DNA of 64,000 nt from Diplonema japonicum (Eukaryota; Protista; Euglenozoa: Diplonemea): positions 248,001 through 312,000 of the forward strand of contig OZ025681.1 of NCBI GenBank assembly GCA_964019335.1, given 5' to 3'. The first letter of the stretch is position 1, and each line of letters opens with the position of its first letter. The notes beneath the pieces were generated by a model. It did not search any database. It saw nothing but the letters and a program-made list of their open reading frames with translations, and was not told the DNA's origin. Positions 54,079 to 64,000 of the stretch are shown here, one piece after another. Position numbers and translations under genes: made by a program.

Positions 54079-55855
54079 CGAAGGTGATGAGCACAGACAT
54101 GATGTCGCTGTCACCGCCACCCCCAGTTGTATCTTATGAAATGAATTAAAAAGAAAGAAATAGACAAGAGCTTAAGAGCAGAAGGGGAGAGAAAGAAGCT
54201 TTCAAACTCAGCAAAAAAGGGCGGTTGCCTGAAAACTAATGAATTAAAAAGAAATAAAATTGTAATCTTTTCTTTTTTTTAATGGTGAGATAGGAGGCTC
54301 CTGTCTTGGAACGTCCCCCCTTGTCTCTACTTATCTACCCCCTTTAAATAAAAGAAGAAGAAAAAAAAAAGAGATAAACAAAAAATGTTGTAGATCGATT
54401 CATTCTTTTCTTGTTATTTGCATTTTTGTTGCAATTCCTATTTTTTTTGAAGAAAAAAAAGAAGCATTACGATTAACAGTGGTCTCTGAGCCTGCACAAC
54501 AAGAAAGCGAGTAAAAGGAAGACAGGTCGTGTCAGCATAACCATGCCAGCACAACCCGCCATCACTCTTCCGTCACAAGCCTAAAGGGAGGAAAAGATAA
54601 AAAGAGGAACCGGGAAGTTCAAGGAAGTGAATTTTTGCAAGAAGGAAAAAAAGAAAACGATACTAGAGAAAAAAAGAGACATTGACGCCTACTTTAGAAT
54701 ACTAGTAAAATTTAAAAAAAATGCAGACAAAAAAGGCTGCCAAGACACCGAAAAAAAACACATCTTGAAACTTTTTAAGTGCGCCACTGGGGGAGGTCTG
54801 TTTCTAAAGCGGTGATTTTAAATAGAAGTATGAAAGGCCGCTCTTTTGACACACATTTTAATTCAAAATAGGTGCAAATTGAAATAGCGTGTCTTCAATT
54901 CCTCCTTATCCACCGCAGAAAGCACGCCCTCCACACAAAATAAAAGAATTAATCAAAGATGGAATAATAGGATAATAGGTTGTGTTTCCCCCTCTCACTC
55001 ACAGGAGGAGTGCCATGTCCGAAGGTGATGAGCACAGACATGATGTCGCTGTCACCGCCACCCCCAGTTGTATCTTATGAAATGAATTAAAAAGAAAGAA
55101 ATAGACAAGAGCTTAAGAGCAGAAGGGGAGAGAAAGAAGCTTTCAAACTCAGCAAAAAAGGGCGGTTGCCTGAAAACTAATGAATTAAAAAGAAATAAAA
55201 TTGTAATCTTTTCTTTTTTTTAATGGTGAGATAGGAGGCTCCTGTCTTGGAACGTCCCCCCTTGTCTCTACTTATCTACCCCCTTTAAATAAAAGAAGAA
55301 GAAAAAAAAAAGAGATAAACAAAAAATGTTGTAGATCGATTCATTCTTTTCTTGTTATTTGCATTTTTGTTGCAATTCCTATTTTTTTTGAAGAAAAAAA
55401 AGAAGCATTACGATTAACAGTGGTCTCTGAGCCTGCACAACAAGAAAGCGAGTAAAAGGAAGACAGGTCGTGTCAGCATAACCATGCCAGCACAACCCGC
55501 CATCACTCTTCCGTCACAAGCCTAAAGGGAGGAAAAGATAAAAAAGAGCAACCAGGAAGTTCAAGGAGGTGAGTTTTTGCAAGAAAGAAAAAAAAGAAAA
55601 CGATGTTAGAGGTATTCATTTTTAAGTGCGCCACTGGGGGAGGTCTGGCTCTAAAGCGATGGATTGAAATAGAAGAAGTATGAAAGGCCGCTCTTTAATT
55701 GCATACATGCCAACCGAATAGCGACCCCTTATCCACCGCAGAAAGCACGCCCTCCGCGAGCACGTCACAAAAAAATAAAAGAATTAATCAAAGATGGAAT
55801 ATAATAGGATAATAGGTTGTGTTTCCCCTCTCATGCACAGGAGGAGTGCCATGTC
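54079..55855. repeat. Tandem ~941-bp non-coding duplication downstream of the CAP-PLAT gene
   Basis: 54080 corresponds to 55021. The first ~520 bp are essentially identical and the remainder is diverged. Confidence 0.9.
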
Positions 55856-58662
55856 TCGACCATGTCATCCCCGCAGCAGAGGAGCTCCTTCGGGTCGTGG
55901 ACGTAGAGCTGCCTCCAGTAGCCCGAAGGGGCATGCTGCAGCCATATCCCCTCCACCAGCAGGTTGTCTGTGCTCGACGTGAAAGCGATCAGGATGGCGC
56001 TCTCCACCTCTGCGAACGAGTACGGGCTCCCGCGTACAGGAAGGGTCTGCTCCTCCCCTGCCCCGAGGCCCCACAGTGTTGTCCAGTACCACGAGGGCTC
56101 CCCTTTCTTCTCCAGGTGCACCGCGACTGCCCCCGAAGATCCTGCACCCGTTCTGTTTCCTGAGCCGTCCTTCACCTTGATTCGGAAGTTGATTTCCCCC
56201 TCCCCGCTGTCAGGGGCAGCAGTTACGTCGGGTTCAGGTGTGTTAGGTTGAGGAGTTGAAGTGGGGACGGGTGTCGGTTGCATAGTTACCCCGGGAGCAG
56301 TAGTAGGAATTGCGGTGTCAGGTGCTGGTGTGTCAGGGGCTGGTGTGTCAGGGGCTGGTGTGTCAGGTGCTGTTGTGTCAGGTGCTGGTGTGCCAGGTGC
56401 TGGTGTGTCAGGGGCTGGTGTGTCAGGTGCTGTTGTGCCAGGTGCTGGTGTGTCAGGGGCTGGTGTGTCAGGTGCTGGTGTGTCAGGTGCTGGTGTGTCA
56501 GGGGCTGGTGTGTCAGGGGCTGGTGTGTCAGGGGCTGGTGTGTCAGGTGCTGGTGTGTCAGGTGCTGTTGTGCCAGGTGCTGGTGTGCCAGGTGCTGGTG
56601 TGTCAGGGGCTGGTGTGTCAGGGGCTGGTGTGTCAGGGGCTGGTGTGTCAGGGGCTGGTGTGTCAGGTGCTGTTGTGCCAGGGGCTGGTGTGTCAGGTGC
56701 TGTTGTGCCAGGTGCTGGTGTGTCAGGGGCTGGTGTGTCAGGTGCTGGTGTGTCAGGGGCTGGTGTGTCAGGCGCTGGTGTGTCAGGGGCTGGTGTGTCA
56801 GGTGCTGTTGTGCCAGGGGCTGGTGTGTCAGGGGCTGGTGTGTCAGGTGCTGGTGTGTCAGGGGCTGGTGTGTCAGGCGCTGGTGTGTCAGGGGCTGGTG
56901 TGTCAGGTGCTGTTGTGCCAGGTGCTGGTGTGCCAGGTGCTGGTGTGTCAGGGGCTGGTGTGCCAGGTGCTGGTGTGTCAGGGGCTGGTGTGTCAGGGGC
57001 TGGTGTGTCAGGTGCTGTTGTGCCAGGGGCTGGTGTGTCAGGTGCTGTTGTGCCAGGTGCTGGTGTGTCAGGGGCTGGTGTGTCAGGTGCTGGTGTGTCA
57101 GGGGCTGGTGTGTCAGGTGCTGGTGTGTCAGGTGCTGGTGTGTCAGGGGCTGGTGTGTCAGGGGCTGGTGTGTCAGGGGCTGGTGTGTCAGGTGCTGGTG
57201 TGTCAGGTGCTGTTGTGCCAGGTGCTGGTGTGCCAGGTGCTGGTGTGTCAGGGGCTGGTGTGTCAGGGGCTGGTGTGTCAGGGGCTGGTGTGTCAGGGGC
57301 TGGTGTGTCAGGTGCTGTTGTGCCAGGGGCTGGTGTGTCAGGTGCTGTTGTGCCAGGGGCTGGTGTGTCAGGTGCTGTTGTGCCAGGTGCTGGTGTGTCA
57401 GGGGCTGGTGTGTCAGGTGCTGGTGTGTCAGGGGCTGGTGTGTCAGGCGCTGGTGTGTCAGGGGCTGGTGTGTCAGGTGCTGTTGTGCCAGGGGCTGGTG
57501 TGTCAGGGGCTGGTGTGTCAGGTGCTGGTGTGTCAGGGGCTGGTGTGTCAGGCGCTGGTGTGTCAGGGGCTGGTGTGTCAGGTGCTGTTGTGCCAGGTGC
57601 TGGTGTGCCAGGTGCTGGTGTGTCAGGGGCTGGTGTGTCAGGGGCTGGTGTGTCAGGGGCTGGTGTGTCAGGTGCTGTTGTGCCAGGTGCTGGTGTGTCA
57701 GGGGCTGGTGTGTCAGGGGCTGGTGTGTCAGGCGCTGGTGTGTCAGGGGCTGGTGTGTCAGGTGCTGTTGTGCCAGGTGCTGGTGTGTCAGGAGCTGGTG
57801 TTGGATCGTCGATGGAGCAGCCGTCAGGGACAGTGTTGGGGCTCAGCACGTTGTTTTTGTACGCCCCTTTCCGGTTCCCAGCTGTGTAGTAGTTGCACAT
57901 CAGGTAGACGCTGATGAGGTTTGACTCTTTTGCGTGGCAGAGAGCACAGCCAATCTCAGTGCTGTCCTTCCACAAGACTTGTGTCATGTGTCCTGTGGTA
58001 CCGTTATTGGTGGCGGTGTTGTAATCCCAGCAGCCCTCTTCCCCGCAGTACCAAGCCTGTGCGGCGTGGGCAGGGTCGTAGTCGTCGAGCTCCCCGTTGC
58101 CCGAAAGCTTCACAATGTTCTCCCCGTAGGACACGCCGTTGTTAAGCGGGGGAGCGTTGTGGGTGAGGGACCCTGTGCTGCAGGTGGTGGTGAATCCCGC
58201 GCTGCCGATGGTGTACTCGGCGATGTCGTCGCTGTAGGTGAGGTTGCAGGCACCGTGCTTGGCACGGTATGCGTTGTGCTTAGCGAGGACGCTGTCCTTC
58301 TGCCACTGTCCGAGAGCGGAGTAACAAGGCTTGCTCGTCTTCCCAGTGCAGGAACCGGTCTTCACCTCGTCGTAGGTTCCAGGGGCACAAGTGCATTCCG
58401 TGCACCCGCCCATCTTAACAAGAGCAGGGCAACCGTGGCCCGGCAGCAGGTCAACGCACTTAAAACCACTGAATGTGTCGGTGCAGGTGTTGGTCGGCTG
58501 CTCGCACCACGTGAGGTGCGAATCACAAGCCCACTGCGCGCCTGCCGTGCGTGCACCGCTGTTCAGGTTTGACACAGCTGATGTCCCCAACACCAGATTG
58601 TGTGGGTTCTCAACCACCGCAAGAACACTGCCCATGAAAACAGCCGCTATGACTGTCGCCAT
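55831..58662 (-). CDS. Secreted CAP/SCP (PR-1-like) protein with DTPAP mucin array and C-terminal PLAT/LH2-like domain (943 aa)
   Basis: HNAYRAKH, YGENI, GHMTQVLWK, CNY CAP motifs. C-terminus FRIKVKDG..GAGSSGAVAVHL..DNLLVEGIWL is PLAT-like. Confidence 0.85.
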   Translation of the reverse strand: MATVIAAVFMGSVLAVVENPHNLVLGTSAVSNLNSGARTAGAQWACDSHLTWCEQPTNTCTDTFSGFKCVDLLPGHGCPALVKMGGCTECTCAPGTYDEVKTGSCTGKTSKPCYSALGQWQKDSVLAKHNAYRAKHGACNLTYSDDIAEYTIGSAGFTTTCSTGSLTHNAPPLNNGVSYGENIVKLSGNGELDDYDPAHAAQAWYCGEEGCWDYNTATNNGTTGHMTQVLWKDSTEIGCALCHAKESNLISVYLMCNYYTAGNRKGAYKNNVLSPNTVPDGCSIDDPTPAPDTPAPGTTAPDTPAPDTPAPDTPAPDTPAPDTPAPGTTAPDTPAPDTPAPDTPAPDTPAPGTPAPGTTAPDTPAPDTPAPDTPAPDTPAPDTPAPDTPAPGTTAPDTPAPDTPAPDTPAPDTPAPDTPAPDTPAPGTTAPDTPAPGTTAPDTPAPGTTAPDTPAPDTPAPDTPAPDTPAPDTPAPGTPAPGTTAPDTPAPDTPAPDTPAPDTPAPDTPAPDTPAPDTPAPDTPAPDTPAPDTPAPGTTAPDTPAPGTTAPDTPAPDTPAPDTPAPGTPAPDTPAPGTPAPGTTAPDTPAPDTPAPDTPAPDTPAPDTPAPDTPAPGTTAPDTPAPDTPAPDTPAPDTPAPDTPAPDTPAPGTTAPDTPAPGTTAPDTPAPDTPAPDTPAPDTPAPDTPAPGTPAPGTTAPDTPAPDTPAPDTPAPDTPAPDTPAPDTPAPDTPAPDTPAPGTTAPDTPAPDTPAPGTPAPDTTAPDTPAPDTPAPDTPAPDTAIPTTAPGVTMQPTPVPTSTPQPNTPEPDVTAAPDSGEGEINFRIKVKDGSGNRTGAGSSGAVAVHLEKKGEPSWYWTTLWGLGAGEEQTLPVRGSPYSFAEVESAILIAFTSSTDNLLVEGIWLQHAPSGYWRQLYVHDPKELLCCGDDMVETWHSSCA
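56313..57800 (-). repeat. Coding 15-nt minisatellite (~99 units of DTPAP/GTTAP/GTPAP)
   Basis: Directly visible tandem ggggctggtgtgtca-type units. Confidence 0.97.
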
Positions 58663-59127
58663 GTTGTTTTGTTGTTGTTTTTGTGCAAAGTAACCTACGG
58701 GAGGGGGATTTCTTTTTCCTCTTCTTTCGTTTGCTTTTTATTCCGGTAGTTCTGAGCGACTAGGCCTTTGTTGTCATCTGGACATGGTGATAGGCAGGCT
58801 TGGGGCCTGTTGAGTGACATCGGAGGTTCCCTATGCGTCGAAAAAGAAAGAAATAGACAAAAAGCATAAAAGCAGAAGGGGAGTGAGGAAGAAAAGGAGA
58901 TTTAAAAGAGAGTAAGAAGCTTTCAAAGTCAGCTAAAGGGCTAGCGGTTGCCTGAAAACTAATGAATTAAGAAAATTGTAACATTTTGAGAAAGAAAGAA
59001 AAACCGACAATGATATTTGTTTCAGAACAATTTCTTCTTGTTCTTCTTCCTTTTTCCCATTTGCATTTCTGTTGCAATTCTTATTCTTTTTGAGAGAACG
59101 CAAAAAGAAAAAAAGAGAAAAAAAATA

Positions 59128-60886
59128 GAAGCATTCCGATTAACAGTGGTCTCTGAGCCTGCACAACAAGAAAGCGAGTAAAAGGAAGACAGGTCGTGTC
59201 AGCATAACCATGCCAGCACAACCCGCCATCACTCTTCCGTCACAAGCCTAAAGGGAGGAAAAGATAAAAAGAGGAACCGGGAAGTTCAAGGAAGTGAATT
59301 TTTGCAAGAAGGAAAAAAAGAAAACGATACTAGAGAAAAAAAGAGACATTGACGCCTACTTTAGAATACTAGTAAAATTTAAAAAAAATGCAGACAAAAA
59401 AGGCTGCCAAGACACCGAAAAAAAACACATCTTGAAACTTTTTAAGTGCGCCACTGGGGGAGGTCTGTTTCTAAAGCGGTGATTTTAAATAGAAGTATGA
59501 AAGGCCGCTCTTTTGACACACATTTTAATTCAAAATAGGTGCAAATTGAAATAGCGTGTCTTCAATTCCTCCTTATCCACCGCAGAAAGCACGCCCTCCA
59601 CACAAAATAAAAGAATTAATCAAAGATGGAATAATAGGATAATAGGTTGTGTTTCCCCCTCTCACTCACAGGAGGAGTGCCATGTCCGAAGGTGATGAGC
59701 ACAGACATGATGTCGCTGTCACCGCCACCCCCAGTTGTATCTTATGAAATGAATTAAAAAGAAAGAAATAGACAAGAGCTTAAGAGCAGAAGGGGAGAGA
59801 AAGAAGCTTTCAAACTCAGCAAAAAAGGGCGGTTGCCTGAAAACTAATGAATTAAAAAGAAATAAAATTGTAATCTTTTCTTTTTTTTAATGGTGAGATA
59901 GGAGGCTCCTGTCTTGGAACGTCCCCCCTTGTCTCTACTTATCTACCCCCTTTAAATAAAAGAAGAAGAAAAAAAAAAGAGATAAACAAAAAATGTTGTA
60001 GATCGATTCATTCTTTTCTTGTTATTTGCATTTTTGTTGCAATTCCTATTTTTTTTGAAGAAAAAAAAGAAGCATTACGATTAACAGTGGTCTCTGAGCC
60101 TGCACAACAAGAAAGCGAGTAAAAGGAAGACAGGTCGTGTCAGCATAACCATGCCAGCACAACCCGCCATCACTCTTCCGTCACAAGCCTAAAGGGAGGA
60201 AAAGATAAAAAAGAGCAACCAGGAAGTTCAAGGAGGTGAGTTTTTGCAAGAAAGAAAAAAAAGAAAACGATGTTAGAGGTATTCATTTTTAAGTGCGCCA
60301 CTGGGGGAGGTCTGGCTCTAAAGCGATGGATTGAAATAGAAGAAGTATGAAAGGCCGCTCTTTAATTGCATACATGCCAACCGAATAGCGACCCCTTATC
60401 CACCGCAGAAAGCACGCCCTCCGCGAGCACGTCACAAAAAAATAAAAGAATTAATCAAAGATGGAATATAATAGGATAATAGGTTGTGTTTCCCCTCTCA
60501 TGCACAGGAGGAGTGCCATGTCTCGACCATGTCATCCCCGCAGCAGAGGAGCTCCTTCGGGTCGTGGACGTAGAGCTGCCTCCAGTAGCCCGAAGGGGCA
60601 TGCTGCAGCCATATCCCCTCCACCAGCAGGTTGTCTGTGCTCGACGTGAAAGCGATCAGGATGGCGCTCTCCACCTCTGCGAACGAGTACGGGCTCCCGC
60701 GTACAGGAAGGGTCTGCTCCTCCCCTGCCCCGAGGCCCCACAGTGTTGTCCAGTACCACGAGGGCTCCCCTTTCTTCTCCAGGTGCACCGCGACTGCCCC
60801 CGAAGATCCTGCACCCGTTCTGTTTCCTGAGCCGTCCTTCACCTTGATGCGGAAGTTGATTTCCCCCTCCCCGCTGTCAGGGGCAG
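59128..60886. repeat. Near-perfect 1.76-kb segmental duplicate of 54461-56219 (PLAT domain + 3' region)
   Basis: Constant offset of 4667; matching ORF-track entries. Confidence 0.95.
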
Positions 60887-61655
60887 AAGTGGGGACGGGC
60901 GTCTGTGGCACAGTTGTTGGCAACGGGGTGGGTGCTGCAGTGCCTATCGGGACAACGGTTTCTGGTGTGTAGGTTTTACCGTGAGTGGGGACTGGTGTGG
61001 GGGAAGAGGTAGGAGGAACGGTGGGGACTGCAGTGTCGGGGGAGGGACTCCTTGTGGGCGGTGTGTCGGTCCTACCGTGCGGAGTGGGGCTAGACGGAGA
61101 TGTGTCAAAACACTTGCTTATGATTTCGACCCAAACACATATTTCGGGTCCCGACAGACAGTCATTCTCGGTGTACTTGTTGCTACACTCCACGGTAGGA
61201 GTAGGTGTGTCAGGAGGTGTGGTGGGTACTGCCGTGTCGGGAACACCGGGTGAAGAAGGCCATTCAGCACATTCCTCTAAGATGTTGTTCCAAACGCACA
61301 TATGGGGGCCCGACAAGCAGTCCTGCTCGTTGTTGTGGCCACACTTCCTCATGGTGCACACCCCCTGTTCCAGAACACACAGGGGGTCGGCCTCACAAGC
61401 AGCCGGGTCCCCTGGGTAGTAGCAATCGTGCTTCCTTGTGCATGACCCGCCCCCCCACACGCAGTTGCCCGCCCTGCACTCCGCCTCCCACTGGTGAGCC
61501 ACGCATGGTGATACCTCGCAAGACAACGTCGCACTGGACCACTCACATACGTTGCGCCTGTTGCACGCGTACATATCTGTGCTCACGTTGCAAGCCACCT
61601 CTGCAGGCGCAGCAGCAGCGACAAGAAAGCCCGAGGCAAGTACACAGAGAGTCAT
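60498..61655 (-). CDS. Secreted Cys-rich repeat protein with T/P linker and the same PLAT-like C-terminus (385 aa)
   Basis: Signal peptide, repeated C-x-W / E..C modules, C-terminal ~128 aa identical to the 55831 gene. Confidence 0.82.
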   Translation of the reverse strand: MTLCVLASGFLVAAAAPAEVACNVSTDMYACNRRNVCEWSSATLSCEVSPCVAHQWEAECRAGNCVWGGGSCTRKHDCYYPGDPAACEADPLCVLEQGVCTMRKCGHNNEQDCLSGPHMCVWNNILEECAEWPSSPGVPDTAVPTTPPDTPTPTVECSNKYTENDCLSGPEICVWVEIISKCFDTSPSSPTPHGRTDTPPTRSPSPDTAVPTVPPTSSPTPVPTHGKTYTPETVVPIGTAAPTPLPTTVPQTPVPTSAPDSGEGEINFRIKVKDGSGNRTGAGSSGAVAVHLEKKGEPSWYWTTLWGLGAGEEQTLPVRGSPYSFAEVESAILIAFTSSTDNLLVEGIWLQHAPSGYWRQLYVHDPKELLCCGDDMVETWHSSCA

Positions 61656-61764
61656 AATTGAAACCTATAAAAAGATCAAGGATGAAAAAAGAAAGAAAAA
61701 AAGAGAGAGGGGAAAAAGGCCACCAGAATAATGCCTGTAAAGACACAGCGGTCACTGGCCAAGC

Positions 61765-63213
61765 TCAAAGAAGGCACGTCTTCTCGTTCGCTGGGGTTCT
61801 GTCATCAAGGCCGCCAAAGGCGGCGAGGGTGGCAACGTCTCGAGAGGAGAGGAAGGGCATCCGCACGTTGAGAAGGAGGAGCAACGAACACCTGAACGAC
61901 GCAATCTGAACCGGCACCTTGGGGACGATGCTAAGAAGTGGAAACTTGCAAAAGGTGGAAACGAGATGAAAACCCGACGTGACAAGAAACGCCAGCTGAT
62001 AAGTGTGACTCGATATAATATAGCCCCCCAACGCAGCTGATCCGGACCACCCTAACGACGTCACTCTCCGCAAAGACGACCATCTTCCACGAGTTTCCTT
62101 AGTAGCAAAGTCCATCATAATGGACCGTCTTACAGCTCCAGTCGAGTTCAGCACAACACATCGGAGTAGGTACAAGACTATAATAACGCACCTGTTGAGA
62201 GGCTCGTGGTTGTACCTGTTGGCGTAGCCCATTGCTACGATACCCGCGGAGGAGGCGATGCCGATGTACCAGTAAAATAGTTCGGCTTGAACCCTCCCAA
62301 GCTTCCCGGAAAGATGTCTGAGCAGCGTGGTGGAAGGGATCCCTAACAAAGGTCGGATAGTGATGATCGACATTACTGTAAACGGGGATAACACCAGCTT
62401 GGATTGTAGAAATATCGGAAAGAACTTCACCGTCATCCCGCTTCCGATCGACCAGAAGAAGTTCGAAACAGTGATGCATGCGGGTACAAAATGATGGACA
62501 GACCGCTTCCTACCTTCTGTGGCGTTCGGGGCACAACTGACTGCAGAGCTCACAGCGCCCAAGGACTTTTCGTCTCTAAAGCGAAAGCAAGCTGCAACCA
62601 TGAAAACTCTCATGAAGCATCCCAACACTATGATAGGCACAATGTGGCTTTCAGTCCATGTGTCGCCGTAGGTTAGAAACACAACGGAGCAGATTGCAGG
62701 GCCCACACACCTGCATCCCATGTTCCATTTTTGCAAAGAAGAGTAAAACGGCAGGCGAAGCCCCGTTTTGAGAGAGTCTGCTAGGATTGCCTCAGAAGCG
62801 GCGTCCCCTACAGATTCAAACAACAGCACAATACCTACAGAGGCGGTCACATAGTAGAATATGAGTTCTTTTCTCTGTTCATCGGAGCACAGGGTGACAG
62901 ACACCAGCAACAGAGATATTCCCAACAAACCCCCTGTTCCGGAGTACCGAATCACCTTCTCCCGTCCTGTTTTCCCGTCCGCCATGAAGCCGCCGGCTAT
63001 GCCCGGAAGCAGAGTTACCAATCCTAGTGCACCTTCGGAAATGCCAACCATGGTGGTATCGCTGTCTGTCAGCAGAAACAGGTAGCAGGCGGTGAGGCCT
63101 GAGAACAACATACTGTTCGAGATAGAAAGGAAGGTGCTGTACACGACATATGTAAGGGAGTTGGGGCTGGAACTGAGGTCGCCGAAGTGCCAATTTATGA
63201 GCTTTTGCAACAT
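61765..63213 (-). CDS. Major facilitator superfamily transporter (482 aa)
   Basis: ~12 TM helices; GFMADGKTGRE and LSGKLGR motif-A loops; MDFATKETRGRW. Confidence 0.85.
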   Translation of the reverse strand: MLQKLINWHFGDLSSSPNSLTYVVYSTFLSISNSMLFSGLTACYLFLLTDSDTTMVGISEGALGLVTLLPGIAGGFMADGKTGREKVIRYSGTGGLLGISLLLVSVTLCSDEQRKELIFYYVTASVGIVLLFESVGDAASEAILADSLKTGLRLPFYSSLQKWNMGCRCVGPAICSVVFLTYGDTWTESHIVPIIVLGCFMRVFMVAACFRFRDEKSLGAVSSAVSCAPNATEGRKRSVHHFVPACITVSNFFWSIGSGMTVKFFPIFLQSKLVLSPFTVMSIITIRPLLGIPSTTLLRHLSGKLGRVQAELFYWYIGIASSAGIVAMGYANRYNHEPLNRCVIIVLYLLRCVVLNSTGAVRRSIMMDFATKETRGRWSSLRRVTSLGWSGSAALGGYIISSHTYQLAFLVTSGFHLVSTFCKFPLLSIVPKVPVQIASFRCSLLLLLNVRMPFLSSRDVATLAAFGGLDDRTPANEKTCLL

Positions 63214-63324
63214 TTATGTTCTTTTTCTTTTTTATCTTTTGTAACATGGCGGGTGGGGGAGAACAGCTAAAAAGAAAGAAGAAGAAAAAAGATTCACTAC
63301 GAAAGGAAACGAAGTAGCTAGCAT

Positions 63325-64000
63325 GAAAAAAAAACTCAAAGTGCAGGACAAACCCCCTCATGGAGGGCCGCCCTTGGGTGGGTTGGGGGGGGCTATCTAT
63401 TTATACTCCTCCTGGAGCATTGCTTTCGTTCCAATCGAGGCCCTGAGCGTCTTGCGGAGTCATGTGATGCGGTCTCGCTTGTAAGCGGCTTTCAGTTCCA
63501 TCAGCTTGTCGTGCGTGGAGTGGAAGATGGGCCTCCTGGCGAAACCCATAGCCGTCTTCCCACCTATTGCGACGAGGGACTTCACTCTCTTCTGTTCATC
63601 AGCTGGGAAGGGGCGTGGCTTCTTCCGTGCCCTGCATGCCGCGTTCAGCTTTTCTCATCAGTGCTTTGATCTTGCGAGCCCTATCTTCCAGCAGACCTCC
63701 CAGTAACTTGCCTGTCGTCCATTCGAAGTCGATGGCCAATTCCACCGCTGACACTTCAGAGCTGGTGTCCTCCTTCACCCATCGTAGCTGTGACAACCAC
63801 TGCAGCAGCGGGTTCAAGAATTCTGCGACGATTCCTCCCACTCCTTCGAGCTCCCCCGCCGTTGGCACGAGGCATCTCCTTCCCTCCACATTGCGTACCC
63901 ACGGCAGCGGCTGTGTGCTGGCGTTGTCTATTTGCATGAGCTCCACATCCCGTTTCCCGACCACAGCCATGTATCGCTGCAGCTTCTCCAGGTGTGCGAA
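63325..64000 (-). mobile_element. LINE (family 4) 3' end, continuing beyond the window
   Basis: WLSQLRW..VSAVELAIDF..RAR; after a frameshift at ~63600, VKSLVAIGG..GFARRPIF. Tail ends in a T-run. Confidence 0.75.

Noticed and set aside
56313-57800. CRISPR-like array
   Set aside because: There are no unique spacers; it is an in-frame coding minisatellite.
32766-57924. Long plus-strand ORFs (613, 815, 542, 548, 534 aa)
   Set aside because: They are antisense shadows of Thr/Pro repeat-coding regions.

Overview
Eukaryotic nuclear DNA, probably from a euglenozoan protist. A diplonemid-like host is inferred from three features: all ~21 credible genes lie on the minus strand, they look essentially intronless, and they are preceded by polypyrimidine tract + AG trans-splice-like acceptors; the DTPAP-type mucin stalks fit this too. 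The window is one polycistronic-like array of locally duplicated surface/secreted genes: three Shisa-like TM proteins, two EGF+GH43-like hydrolases, two very large G8-domain proteins and two PLAT-tailed proteins. It also carries a K+ channel, a lipoxygenase, a CIB-like EF-hand protein, an ankyrin-tyrosine-kinase-like protein, an MFS transporter and coiled-coil proteins. Four co-oriented non-LTR retrotransposon pieces are present. The most notable (1-4735, minus) starts just behind a trans-splice acceptor and has an OTU cysteine-protease domain at the N-terminus of ORF1. Its ORF1 and APE-RT ORF2 are in the same frame, separated by a single TGA followed 6 nt later by a 12-bp stem-loop, which suggests programmed stop-codon readthrough. 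LINE 3' ends here run into poly(T) rather than poly(A), and their tails are scattered through the intergenic DNA with other short repeat families. All domain calls come from motif recognition by eye; no database searches were run.
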